A DNA stretch of 63,700 bases, counting the filler, from Dugesia japonica (Eukaryota): assembly GCA_001938525.1 (NCBI GenBank). It is 6 parts of 6 records of this genome, joined end to end, with 100 filler letters (N's around TTAATTAATTAA, not from the genome) between each part and the next. Parts side by side here need not be neighbours in the genome. Positions count along the whole stretch, not along the records: positions 23,145 to 32,271 come from MQRL01540900.1; positions 32,372 to 44,015 come from MQRL01454171.1; 4 more parts are not named here. One strand, 5' to 3'. The notes under the pieces are model-generated. The model was not told the origin of the DNA and searched no databases. It worked only from the letters and a program-made list of their open reading frames with translations. The position numbers and the translations under genes are program-made. This document shows, piece by piece, positions 27,878 to 40,395 of this stretch; the first letter of the stretch is position 1; each line of letters opens with the position of its first letter.

Positions 27878-30800
27878 TGTTAGGTAAATTTTCAATTGGT
27901 AATTCATTTTGCAAATCATTACTAATATTTTGAGACATCATTTATTTTATTACTACAAACTATGTTTTATAATATAAATAATATCAAAATACAAGCATTT
28001 CAATATTAATATTCAGATAACTCAATTTCTATTAGTGAAATTATAATTTAATAATTATTTCCTCATATCCCCCTTTTTAAGAAACTTCCTAAGTATTCCA
28101 TATGTCTTTCTAATCGCTGTCCATTTTCTACTTGTACTCGCTTGTACCGCCTTTCATGAATTTTCTCAATTATTCGGTAAGGTCCTTCAAATTTGTCTTG
28201 ACTTTTATTTCTAGTTTCTACTTTGATAAGTACTAAATCGCCCACTTTGAATTCTATTTTAGTTATCTCGTCAGAAATGTTTTTTTAGTTATATCTGAAA
28301 CGTCTGACTCGTATCACTTTTCTCCGCAAATTTTCTTTCCAAAAACAATCTTTCTCTTTCCAGTCGTCTTATGTTTTGTTGCGTTCATTGTAAATTCTAT
28401 TTCCCGGTAAAAGACCTGCCAAATCTGTTGTCTTTCTTTACTGAAGTGTTGTATTAATAAAATCTCGAATTGTCCTGAACTGTCTCTCAATTTCTCTATT
28501 TTCATTATAATGATAGGGACTCGAAAAGCAAAGTTTAATATCTAACTTCAGTGCAAACTCTCTCATAACTCTGGATTCAAAAGCTTTTCCACAATCTAAT
28601 CTTATCTCTCTTGGACATCCAAATCTCAGTATCCACTTTTCGAAAGTAGCTTTTCATATTGTTTCTTCGTCTTGTCTAGGCAATAGTATAAGAACCAGAT
28701 ATTTACTGTACTGGTTGATTATTCCATNAATATATTTTTTTCGTCCACTTGTTTCCCGCATTGTCCCATATATATCTGTGAATATCATCTCAAATAAATT
28801 GGTAGCTTCTAAACTCTTTGTCTTTAGTTGCTGTTGTTACTACTTTGGTGTTCTGACAAATTTCACAACTACGAAATATCTTCTGTATTTGGCTCCACAA
28901 GTTCTTTGCAATATATTTGTTTCTCATAATTTCGTGCACCTTTTCAACGTTTGCATGACATAATAATTTATGTATTTCTTATATTGTTTTATGTACTTTG
29001 TCATCCGGAATTTTCATTTTCTTGATCAAATATGTTTCCTCCGAAATATTTAAATTTTCTACTTTTTCCTTTTCAATCATGTTTAGTATTCTCATTTTAA
29101 TCTTCCTTTTCTTGGCAACTTCATGCGACATTTGAAACCTCAAATCTTGGTCTAGATAAGATATCTGCATTACTATGTTGAATTCCTTTTCTATATTCCA
29201 AAACCANGTGTAAACTGCTCAGATAATTAATCCATGTCTAGAATTGTGATATAATTGCTTTCTTCGTCGTCATCATGAAAGTTAGAGCTTTGTAATTTAT
29301 TCTAAGAGTAAATCTTCTACCGTGCAAGTAATGTTTGAAATGCATCTAGAAATAATAAACAGCCAATAACTCCTCTCGTATAATGCAGTATCCCTTTTCA
29401 TAACTTGTCAATGAGTGTGATCCATAGGCAACAACTCTTTCTCTTCCTACTTTATTTCTCTGTGAATATACTGCTCCAATCGTATGAAAACTGGCATCTG
29501 TATCTAATATAAATTCTTTGTTTATGTCTGGAAAACACAATATTGGTGCAGTCATTAGAGATCTCTTCAGACCCTTAAAGGTATCATTTATTTCATCTGT
29601 CTTTTGATTTCCTTTCGTAGTTTTCTATAAACTTTCTGTAATAATGACAAATCGCAAAAAACTTCGTAACTTCTTCGCACAGTTAGGTTTGCCAAATATT
29701 CTTATAGCTTCTATTTTAGACGGATCAGTTTTAACACCATCTCTGCTAACTATGTGTCCAAGAAACGTGATATCACTTTGAAGAAACTGAAGCTTTTCCG
29801 GAATTATTCTTAGACTAGCCTTCATTATTTCCATCAATAATCTTTCAATTACTTCACAGTATTGATTTTTATTGTTGGAAAATATCAGGATGTCATCAAG
29901 ATAAACCATGATTCCATTGATTCTACTACTTGTGTCATGATCTCTTGAAATATATCTCCTACCGCTGCAATGCCAATTGGCATTCTATTAAAACAACATT
30001 GTCCGTGGTTCGTAGAAAATGCCGTTTTTTCTTGAGATTCTTCTTTTAGCACCACCTGATAATATGCATTTCCAAAATCTATTGAACTGAAATATTTAGC
30101 TTCATCTAAGTTGTCCAGCATTTCATCGACATTAGGCATCAGAAAGGCTTGTCCTTTCGTTACTGCATTCAACTGTCTGAAATCCAAACATATTCTTATG
30201 TATTTCTTTTCCTTTTTCTAAACACAGATCAATGGAGTATTCCATGGAGAGTTGCATTTCCGGATAATATTATTCTCAAAAAGGTTTTGGATAGCTTCTT
30301 CAATTTTAGATTCTAAGTTCATTGGTGCCTATACGGTTTTCAATTGATTGGTTCACCACTTGTGATTATTTTATGTCTTGTCAGATGTATGCGTCCTACA
30401 TCCAAATAATCTCACATAAAAGCATCTTCTTTACTTTCAATTATTTTCAATAACCATTGATCCTCTTTAATCTTCAAAATATTTAAAACTCTTGTCAATC
30501 ACTCACCTTGTTTTTATTTGTTTTCCGAATTTTGCTTCAATATTGCAAATATAATTTTCGACTTTTTCATCCCTTTTGCCATCAACCTTTTGCATAAGCT
30601 GGTATCCAAAATTTTTCTCCATATCTATTCCTCCTATCAGATCTGATGTCACTCTTTCAGCCACTAAGAAAGTAATCTATTTGCAAACGTCATCAGTTAT
30701 CAGTTACGGCTCTAACTTTTCCAACAATTTCAAGTGTACTATTATTTGCGAAACGCAATCTTTCATCACTCTTTTCTAAATTTACTCGTAATTTATTAAA

Positions 30801-32271
30801 ACAACTCAAACTCATCACGTTAATTCGAGCCCCTGTATCTAATATGCATTCTACTTTATTTCCTTGAATTGATACCGTAACACTTGGTCTGCCTTGCAAA
30901 TTATTGTACGAAATAATTGTTTTTTTTTCTGCATCAATTGTTCCAACTGATTCTACTTTTCTATCATCCGCAAAAATTTAGTCTTTAGGAACCTGTAAAC
31001 TTTTATGTAACTTTTCCGATATCATCCCACTTTTCCACCACTTGAGTATAATTACTAACTTTATTTAACAATGAATGGTTTCAACCAACTTTTCTACGGG
31101 TGGAGCCCTGCATTTTGGGTACTGCCTTTTGAAATCACTTTCATATACTTCCTTATATCCATCGTTTGTACTTATATCTTCATCTTCAATCGCATGTACT
31201 GGATTATATCGGTTTCTTGATCTTTCTGCAGTAGAAAATTTTTTACTTGTTCTTTTTGCTTTCACTCTTCTGATCTATGCCCACCATTTCCACATTGTTG
31301 ATACCTCTGTTCTTGACATAACCTTCTAATATGACCAACCTTTCCAGAACCAAAACATTTTGTTGGTTTTTTGTTTGGACAATCTCGACTTATATGTCCT
31401 TTTTTATGACCACTCTAGCACTCTTCCACTTTTTCGGTCGGACAATTTGCTTTAGAATTACCGGTCTTATGACATGATCAAAATTCGATATTTTGTTTTT
31501 CTTTTCTTTGTTCCACATGTCTATTTACCGTATGATTTACAGGTTTTTGATAATTTCGATTTGTAACTCTCGCGTAACTTCTAACTTCATCAACTTGATC
31601 TCTATTTTTCTCTACTCAATCTTCTAACGTCATTGTTTCTTCAATTTTTTCTATATTCTCTCGTTTTCTCAAAGTCACTTCTTGTTCAACTTTTTTGTTT
31701 TCTAAACAATATTCTATAATGTTTGCTGCCATTTTTCTTCAGTAAAATCTTTGTTTGTAAATAATTGTTTTACTAAATCTTTTACATTTTTAAAATAAAC
31801 TTGAATCTCTTCATTTCCACGCCAGTAGTTAATCAAATTTTCAAAATCTTTGATTACATCTTTCTTTTTCTCAAATGCCATACGTAAACGAGCCTGAAAT
31901 CCTTCAACTTTTTCTAATGTCTTTGCATATTCCTCCAAACAATCTGCATCTAACAAATACGAGATTATTCTCTCCTGTTGTTTCACGTAGGCGATGTTTT
32001 TGGCTTCAAAATACAATTCACACCTTTTCATAAGTTTCTCAATATCATCTCCTCTGCTGAACACATTAAGCAATAATCTCTCTGTAATATAATCGGTATT
32101 TACCGCTGCCACCATGTTAGGAAATTTTTAATTGGTAATTCAATTTGCAAATTACTACTAATATTTTGAGACATCATTTATTTTACTACTACAAACTATG
32201 TTTCATAATATTAATAATATTGAAATACAAGCATTTCAATATTAATATTTATATAACTCAATTTCTATTGG
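27878..32271 (-). mobile_element. Near-complete compact (~4.4 kb) Ty3/gypsy retrotransposon with both LTRs
   Basis: 3' LTR 27878-28065 (TG..CA, 188 bp) matches the 5' LTR 32115-32271, which is cut by the spacer. PBS TGGTGGCAGCGGT (tRNA-Leu type) at 32102-32114. PPT AAAAAGGGGGA at ~28068-28078. Motifs ILDTGA, YLDD, DTDAS and GPY. ORFs are disrupted. Confidence 0.95.
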
Positions 32272-32371
32272 NNNNNNNNNNNNNNNNNNNNNNNNNNNNN
32301 NNNNNNNNNNNNNNNTTAATTAATTAANNNNNNNNNNNNNNNNNNNNNNNNNNNNNNNNNNNNNNNNNNNN

Positions 32372-32665
32372 GAGATCAGTAAAACTCCATGACAACGGTG
32401 TAGAATTTCAGGAGATCCGTGAGTCTTTCTGGTAATAAAATGAAAGAAATCATATTTCAGGAGGTCTATAAAACTCCACGACAATACAATGAAATTAATC
32501 AAGTTCTATGAGATCTGCAAGACTCCAAGACAATACAATTAAATTAATTAAATTTCGGGATATCTGTAAGATTCCATGACAATGGCATATAATTTCAGGA
32601 GATCTGCGAGACTTCAAAATAATCAGTTAAAATAAATCAACTTTCGGAAGAATCACCGAGATTTC
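32372..32665 (+). repeat. Degenerate tandem repeat, units of 40 and 49 bp
   Basis: Six units beginning (g)gagatct/gaggtct...actcca, spaced 40, 49, 49, 49, 40. Confidence 0.75.
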
Positions 32666-32924
32666 CCGACAAGAAGAAGAAGTGGATCATGTTTTAGAAG
32701 ATAGATGCAACATTGTGACAATAAATTGAGATGAATCAAGTTTCAAGAAAGCTGGTGGCTCTCTCATTTGTCAGATTTAAAGTGACACAATGAACAGGCA
32801 AAGCGATGATTAAATAGTTGAAGAAACTCCATTGAAAGGTGATCAGAATATGGAAAACAAGATGTGACAAAATGTTCAATTGCGGTAAATTCAGGTAAAT
32901 CAAATACTATCATCATGAAAAAGC

Positions 32925-35900
32925 ATCAATGACAGCAATCCAATTTAAAATTGAATTTAATGAAGAGACGTTTAGCGGTGATATAGAAAATTGAATAAAT
33001 TTTTGTTTAACTATGAGATCTATACCAAAGTCTGCGAGTGGAACTAAGTAGAAAAGATGACTAGAATATTATGTTATTTGTCAGGAGCTGCAAAAGAATT
33101 GTATTGGGTCAAAACTCAACACATAGATCAGGCTCTAAAGGCTTGGAAGGAGGCTAAAAAAATTTTGTTAGACAATTTTAATAGCGAAATATAACCAGAT
33201 CAAAACTTTTGGAGGTTTACAAATAAACAACGAGCAGATGGAGAGTCTTATCAAGCTCATCTATGTGGGGTAAGACTGCTGGGTCGTCTTGCATTGGACA
33301 CCAGCTTGACTGATAAAATTGTAATGGATAGTTTTATCAATAATATAAACAAACCAAAAGTAAAGAATTGGGTAAGAATTAAACAGCCAAAGTCCGCAGA
33401 TGAAACATTGCAGTTGGCATTAGTAGCAGAACAAGTACAAAAAGATGATTGTAATCAATTGATGGATAAATTAGTTTATGCAACAGTCAATGGCCAATCT
33501 CAGGAAAAAGATGGCAAACTGCTGACATAAAAATATGAGAGTAAAAGAGATGTTGAGTTAAAAGATATAACGTCAGAACAATTACAAACATTGCAAATTA
33601 GAGCACAGCAAATGATTAAATGTAAAATATGTCGAAGTAGCACGCATACTATAGATAATTGTAGAACTATGTATTTGAGTTGGGATAGGTGTGGAGCCAA
33701 AGAACATACAACGAAAATGTGCTACAGTAAAATTTACTCACATGAAGCAGTGGTAACATTAGTAAATAAACGGACTGCATCACGCGAAAAAGTACGATGT
33801 AGAAAATGTTGAAGGAGTACGCACACAACCAGTCATTGTCAAGTTAAGTATATTTATTGTGGCCGATGCGGTGCAAAGGGTCATGTATAAAATAACTGAA
33901 GAAGTAAATTGAGTTGCAAATACAACGCGGAACCGATAGTGATTGATTTATTAAAAGTTAAAACAATTAAGTCAAATCAAAAAGGATTAAAGCAAAAATC
34001 AGATATAAACCATGATTGGGAGAAAAGTAGTTATGCAGCGTGCGTTGATTTGGATATTCAATGTGATAGTGATTAACAACTTGAAGAGAAAGAGGAGTTA
34101 GAGAAGCGTTATTTGTATACCAAACAATTCCGGGAGAGAAAAGATAGTCGATACGTTAAGAGAATAAATGAGACATTGGAGAGAGACGAAATATGTGATT
34201 CAAGTAATTTTTAGAAAACAAAACAAATAAAACAAAGAACCAAAGATCTCAATAAAAATTTTGCAAATATCAAATGACAATCAAGTAATCGAGCCGTAGC
34301 AAATTTATCTACAGGAAGAAGTATCGGGTCAAGACTAACAGTCAAGATTTCTGTAGACGGACTAATGATGGTAGCATTCATTGACACTGGAGCAGCGATA
34401 TCAGTTGTGTATTGTATCAAACTCAAATATCGACGTAGTATTGAGACAAAAACCAAGTTATTAGCAGTGGGAGTACATGACCAGCCAGGCAAATTGAAAG
34501 GAAAGGCGAAATGTCGAATAAGCTATGGTAACAGGACTGTAGAACAACAAATTTCGATAATTGAAACGAATAAAGATTTTTTTATGGGGACGGATCTAAT
34601 ACCCAAGTTGTTGTCAGATTTTGCGCTAGAGTTCAAGTCACTACGTTTTAAATCAACCGAAAAAGAAACGATTATAACATGCAACGGGAATAATTGTGGA
34701 GAATATGAAAAACGTGGCAAGAACAAAAGGATAGTAGAAAGAATGCAGATCAATATGCTACAGGTAAGCCAATAGGGAAAAAGTAAATTGTTATTGCATC
34801 CAATCTCATCTGACAAAGATAATGAGACGATTAGGCAAGTATTTGAATTACAAACGACGATGGAAGAAAAAAATAATAAAGAGGAAAATAATTTGTTATT
34901 AGATGTCGCCGAAGTGCTAATAGCGTTTAATGAAGTTAAACCAAGTTTCGATAGGTTACATCAAACTTTGCTGGAGAAATTGATCACAGATCGAGGAAAG
35001 CAGTTGATAGAATTGGATATTTAGCCATTTAAGATAAAGATATATGTGGAACAGCAAGTAACCCGTCATGTACGAGTACATAAAACAAATCGATGGTGCG
35101 ACATTGCGGAAAGAGTCAGATGCATAATAAATATGGTTGGAAAAAACCTGTATTTCGGCATGATAGAATAGAAGATGATTCGATAGAGCCTGTGTTGTTA
35201 AATGTATTATTGAGTAACTCTAAGATGGGTCTATATGTTAAAACCAAACAAGATCATATCCAGATTGGTGGAAAAGCTGAGAATCTCCAAAAGAAAGTTA
35301 AACATATTTGGAAGTGAGTGAAAAACAATATAGAGTTGGCATTTCACCAGGAAGTACTGCAAGTGATAAACAAGGAACAAAGGCAGCAAATGGAAAGCAC
35401 GGAAGCAATCCATAAAAGGAATGAGAACAATTTGATCGAAAAAACCAGAAAAGAAGGGAAGTTAGATTATGAAATACAAATTTTAGTAAACATTATACAG
35501 AGGACTACAAAGAATTTGCAAGAAATCACAAGCGCATCTCATTATCATTTGGCACAGCAAATTAAGGACGAAAAACGAGCAGATTTGGAAAGAGGATTTC
35601 GTGGTTTTAAGAAACAAAGAAAGGCAACTGATATGATTATTACGCTTTTCCTGTCATTGTGGAAGATGTGAACAGATGATGAAAATATTACTAGAGCGAG
35701 TAGCAAATTAGCATCTCCGATAGAACCTCCAGAACATCGACAGTTATCGTTGTGTCAATATTGTGGAAGAAGTAGATGTTGGTGGTTAAAGATTTGTTTC
35801 AGATGTCAAGCAAAAGGACACGTCTGGAAGAATTGTCTGGTAGGAAATAGACCAAGCACTATAAGTGAAAATCCACAGGTAAACAGATGTAACTCTAGAG

Positions 35901-36490
35901 GAAATAAATGAAAAAATACATGAGGTTGCAAATAATAGAAGCGGTGAGATCAATGGAGCAGGTCACCATCAAGAAGCTACCAAGAAGAATAATTTATACA
36001 ACCGTTATCCAGAAAGAAAACCAAAAGATCTATGCCCAGTAACAATTCCAGGTGGTGAAGTACTGATGAAAATGACGAGAACAAATGACAGAGAAAACAA
36101 ATGCATACTAGACACCGGGGCGAGTAGATCGATAATCGATTTTAAAACAATAGTTAAAGAAGACGTAATAAGAATTCGTAAAGAAAAAACTATATGCTTA
36201 CAATAACCGGAAAGACAATTGACGGAATTGGGGAATTGGATTGTTGGATATGTAATGGTGACTTCAAGTGTATGTATTCAATAAAAGTAATCGAGAACTC
36301 AATGTTTAAATGTGTTATTGGATTAGACCTGTTGAGAACAATGTTTCCAGATGGTTTAATAGATATGAAAAGATTCAAAGAAGAGATTAGTAGTGACTCT
36401 GCTAAAATGGAAGGTAGGACTAAATCATATACAAACGAAAACGAAACATGGAAGGAATATCAGGAAAAAGAGATCGACCAAAACTGAGAA
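32925..36490 (+). pseudogene. Retrotransposon gag (capsid + 4 zinc knuckles) - aspartic protease 1 - coiled coil - zinc knuckle - aspartic protease 2
   Basis: Capsid-like W..AKKILLDNF..RADGESY..FINNI..QPKSADETLQLA. Knuckles CKICRSSTHTIDNC, CGRCGAKGH and CFRCQAKGHVWKNC. Proteases FIDTGAAIS..FMGTDLI (~34378) and ILDTGASRS..VIGLDLL (~36105). Many stops. Confidence 0.8.
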
Positions 36491-37581
36491 CAAATTTATC
36501 GAAAAACAAATCATGTTTCAAATCAGAGTTTTGTGTTTAAACTACGGCAAACAAAACAAAGAGAAGAGGAAAGTCCGAGTTGCATTAGCTGTGTAAATGA
36601 AAATGTCAAAGTAGATCTGCCCGTGTTAGAAACGGTAGTCAAAAATTTGCGTTTTGACGGTACAATTGATATACATAGTCAATTAAAAAATGTGGTAAAT
36701 GTGTTGCATGAAGCAAAAACAAAGATGAAATTAATACGGGCCGTATATATCAAAGGCTGTACATTGTTACTAACAGAACAAGAGAGACGGTGAGTGACAC
36801 AAAACGTCAGGTGCAAGGCATCGATGAGGAAGTAGATTTTTCGAAAGAGGGAAGTAATTTAGGAGAACTGCTATTCAAAGTACGCCGAAGGAGAATGCAC
36901 CAAGAACTAACTAATAAAAAGAAAATAATCAAAGAGATACAAGGAGACAATAGAGTATTTATTGAATTAACAAAACGAAATATACAAGTGACGTTATCAG
37001 ACGGGTCTAAACCAAGTCTGGAAGACTCGTGTCAGGCGAAATATGAAGAAAATGATACTGCGGAAGAAAATTATTTATACGCGATGTCAAAATCAGAATC
37101 AAAGGAACATATTTACAAAAATGCATCAGAAGATCTAAATGTAGCAATAAAGACGTCATTACATATAAATTATAGAAAAGCAGTGTATGCTTCCTTAACG
37201 ATGATACCTGTATCATTAATTATCTTTTGGCTGGTGGCGTTAACAACAGTAGCATAGGTAACACCAAAACAAGGGACAAAATTATACGAGATCAATCAAA
37301 CAACCGTAATGTCAAACGAAGCGAGTAAACAAACGAAAATAAAGATGATCAAAATCGAGAGAGATTGGCCAACAGGACCAACTATTCTCATGAACCAGAC
37401 GAGTCACGATAATCGGAAACTTTTAATTACAGTGACAGTAATGGCGGCATTAGCATTTTCAGTGACTATAATAATTTTGGTAATGACAATAAATAATGAA
37501 GCACAACTAAAGCTCAATGTGCCAACGGATCAGTAAATTCCTAGGAATGCGTGTCAGATATCGATTAAATGTGACAAGTGG

Positions 37582-38990
37582 ATGTATGCGGTACTATTAG
37601 TAATTGCATTTAAAGTGATAAATAGTAAGGAGTGCTATAATTATGAGAATGTTCATACAAAACATAGAATACACATAATACGTTATAATACTGGAATACA
37701 AACGATATCTAGAAAAGAGTTAAAAAGAGTAACGTCAATCAATGATCGCAATAAAAGAAAAAATAGCAAAATTGCGTATAAATGGATGGAACCAACCATC
37801 TCAGTTAAGGACCAGCCAATTGGTGCAGTAATACACTGAGAATTTGGAGTTTATCGATCGAGGTCTAAGGCAACCGACAACAGAAAGTAAAGCTCGTACA
37901 ATATAACAAGGAAACAGGAGATTTATATTGAGACGAGGATTGGCAACTTATTTGCAAACGGAAGACAAAATTGTTTGGATTATATTGTGTTTTCAGTATA
38001 TATTATCGCACCGAATTTCAGATCATGTATATAACTCAAGACGGGAAAAATCCAGTATGGCCAACTAACCAAAATGACTGTCCGAGAAAACAAGCAATAT
38101 ACGTGTCACAGTTGTAGAAAATCGGATCGAATACGATAATCGGAGTACGTTGGAAATGACGAGCTTAGAAAATCAAAAGACAAAGAGAAACATTACAATT
38201 CGGGAGATGGAGTGAAATTGGCATGCAAATAAATGCCTGGAAAACGGAGAACGCGGTGTACACGTTTACAATTACAATAAAATGAGGTAATAAACAAAAA
38301 ATACGATTTTGACATTACAATGAATTACGAAAATGGATAAACGGACAGTTTCTACAGGAAATTGAATTGTGGGAAAGTCAACAAGATTTAGTAATAAAAA
38401 TTAAAAAGAAGTTTGGAGTGTGGATTGAGTTGGAATATATTGCACATTCGAGTTGCCACTGAGCAACAAGTCGTTAAAATATAATATTACAATGACAACA
38501 ACTAAACCAACAACAGAAAGATTAAAGATGAAAACGTATCCAAAAACGACAACAACTTTGACAACAACAACAATGAAGAGTAGTACAAGAGCAACAAGTG
38601 TGCAAAGCAAAGTGGGAAACACTACGACAACGAGGTATGTGAAGACGACAACTGAAAGCGGGCAAAAGAGAATTTCATTAAATGTATTAAATAAACAACA
38701 AGAGAATTTTATTGATAAATGGATGAAAAAGTTGGTAAAGACCGGTTCACGAAGGATATTTCCAGCACAAGTCAAGGTGCTTTGAAAACGAAGCAAAGCA
38801 AAAATGAAAATGAAGGAAATTCGTCAGCAGGACTCAGTGGTGAAGTAGCGGGCGTCATTAGGTTACACTTATAACGACGTTAATTTGTAAAGCGAAACGA
38901 GGGCAGTATCCGAGACTGCGACTAGAACCGGAGTTAAGAGAGTTGACGGCAAAACATTTGCATCCGCCAAGAGAGTTAGTGCGATCGGGA
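37582..38990 (+). pseudogene. Degenerate type I membrane glycoprotein (signal peptide, Thr-rich stalk, TM, basic tail); env-like position
   Basis: N-terminal MYAVLLVIAF, then TTTKPTT..TTTTLTTTT, then GLSGEVAGVI/VTLITTLICKAKRGQYPRL across a frameshift. Confidence 0.5.
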
Positions 38991-39924
38991 GTTCTTGAGG
39001 GGGGAACTGAGTCATTGTGGAGTTACTGAAGAGAATAGTGAGAGTAAAGTTGTAAATAAATTACTTGAAATGTAACAGTAAGGTACAAAATTTAGTTTTT
39101 CAGTAGCTCGAAATTTAAAGTAGAGCCTAGTTGATTAAAATCAAATTAAAATATGGAGTAGTTGAATAAATTTGAATTTGATCTGGATTACCATAGTGTT
39201 TATCGTACTATTTAGTAAAAATGGAACAGAAACAAATGCCAATGAATGAACATCTAACAGTAAATAAAGATCTTAACGACATCAACAGAACAACTACAGA
39301 GCAACCAGAACAAACATATACGCAGATGCTTAATCAACCTTAAAATCGTATGGAAAACATGTTGGATGAACATTGCAGAAGCGTAATGAGGAATTCAAAT
39401 GTATTAAATGAGCAACTACAAAAGACCCAACAATTAAACGCAATACTTGTGGAGAATCAAAATTTTCATGTGATACAGATACACCGATTAAATAAAATCG
39501 TGTAGAACCAGAGAGGACAGATTACAGAGAATCAGAATTTTGAGTGGAACTAATAAAATAGTAAAGGATCTAAGACACCAAGTGGAGGAGTTACATACCT
39601 ATAATGCAGAGCTGATTTTATCCAAAATTAATCGACTATCGAGTGTATCCGCCCTCTTGAACACTATCGTGAAGAATGAGAGTATATTGTATTGAGAAGA
39701 GAGTAATATATGATAGTAGATGCCAAAATAGAGATTATTTGAAAACATTGTGCTTAATAGTAACTGTATTACTATGCAAAAAAACTTGTATTGTAAAAAA
39801 TCAAAAACAGTAAAAATATAGTAAAATTAGATTTAATCAGTGCGTAATCCAAATAATTCAAATTTGTATATAGAATGTCTGAAGGATTTCAAAGATTGTG
39901 AAGTTGTGTTGTGGAGACAATAAT

Positions 39925-40395
39925 GATGGAGAAGTCGAATTTAGAACAGAAATCAATCGCAGAATTAAAACAGATCAATCAGAGTATGAAGCAGAATAAT
40001 GTATCGTATTTTAAGGAAATATTTGGTTATCAAAATGCTATTTTGAAGATAGTCGAGTATTAACGATGCAACAAAAAAATAAAGACGATAAAGAAGTATT
40101 GAATGAATATTATTGGACTATCAGCGAGCAAAGATTGGGAAATGTTCAATTTTTCCATGAGGTGCAAAAGCTAATCAAGGAGATGAAAGAGTTTGAGAAG
40201 ACGGTGTCATTAATATGCAAGACAAAGATTGAGAAAATGATGAAGTTTGGAGAATACTAAGTGGAAGCAGTTTCAGTATTAAACTTACCTTGTGCACATG
40301 AAGCAGTTTGTAAGAAATGCCCTAAAAGAAACGAGTTCAAACGATGTGTGATATGTAAATGGTCAATTGAGGAGTGGAATATGGTGTATCTATGA
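39925..40395 (+). pseudogene. Coiled-coil protein with a C-terminal C3HC4 RING finger (IAP/MDM2-like spacing)
   Basis: Reading through the stop at 40258-40260 gives LNLPCAHEAVCKKC-x8-CVICKWSIEEWNMVYL*. The first CxxC appears mutated to FGEY. Confidence 0.7.

Noticed and set aside
32372-32665. CRISPR-like array or RRSARL coding repeat
   Set aside because: The 'spacers' are homologous to each other, there are no cas genes, the context is eukaryotic, and the unit lengths are not multiples of three.
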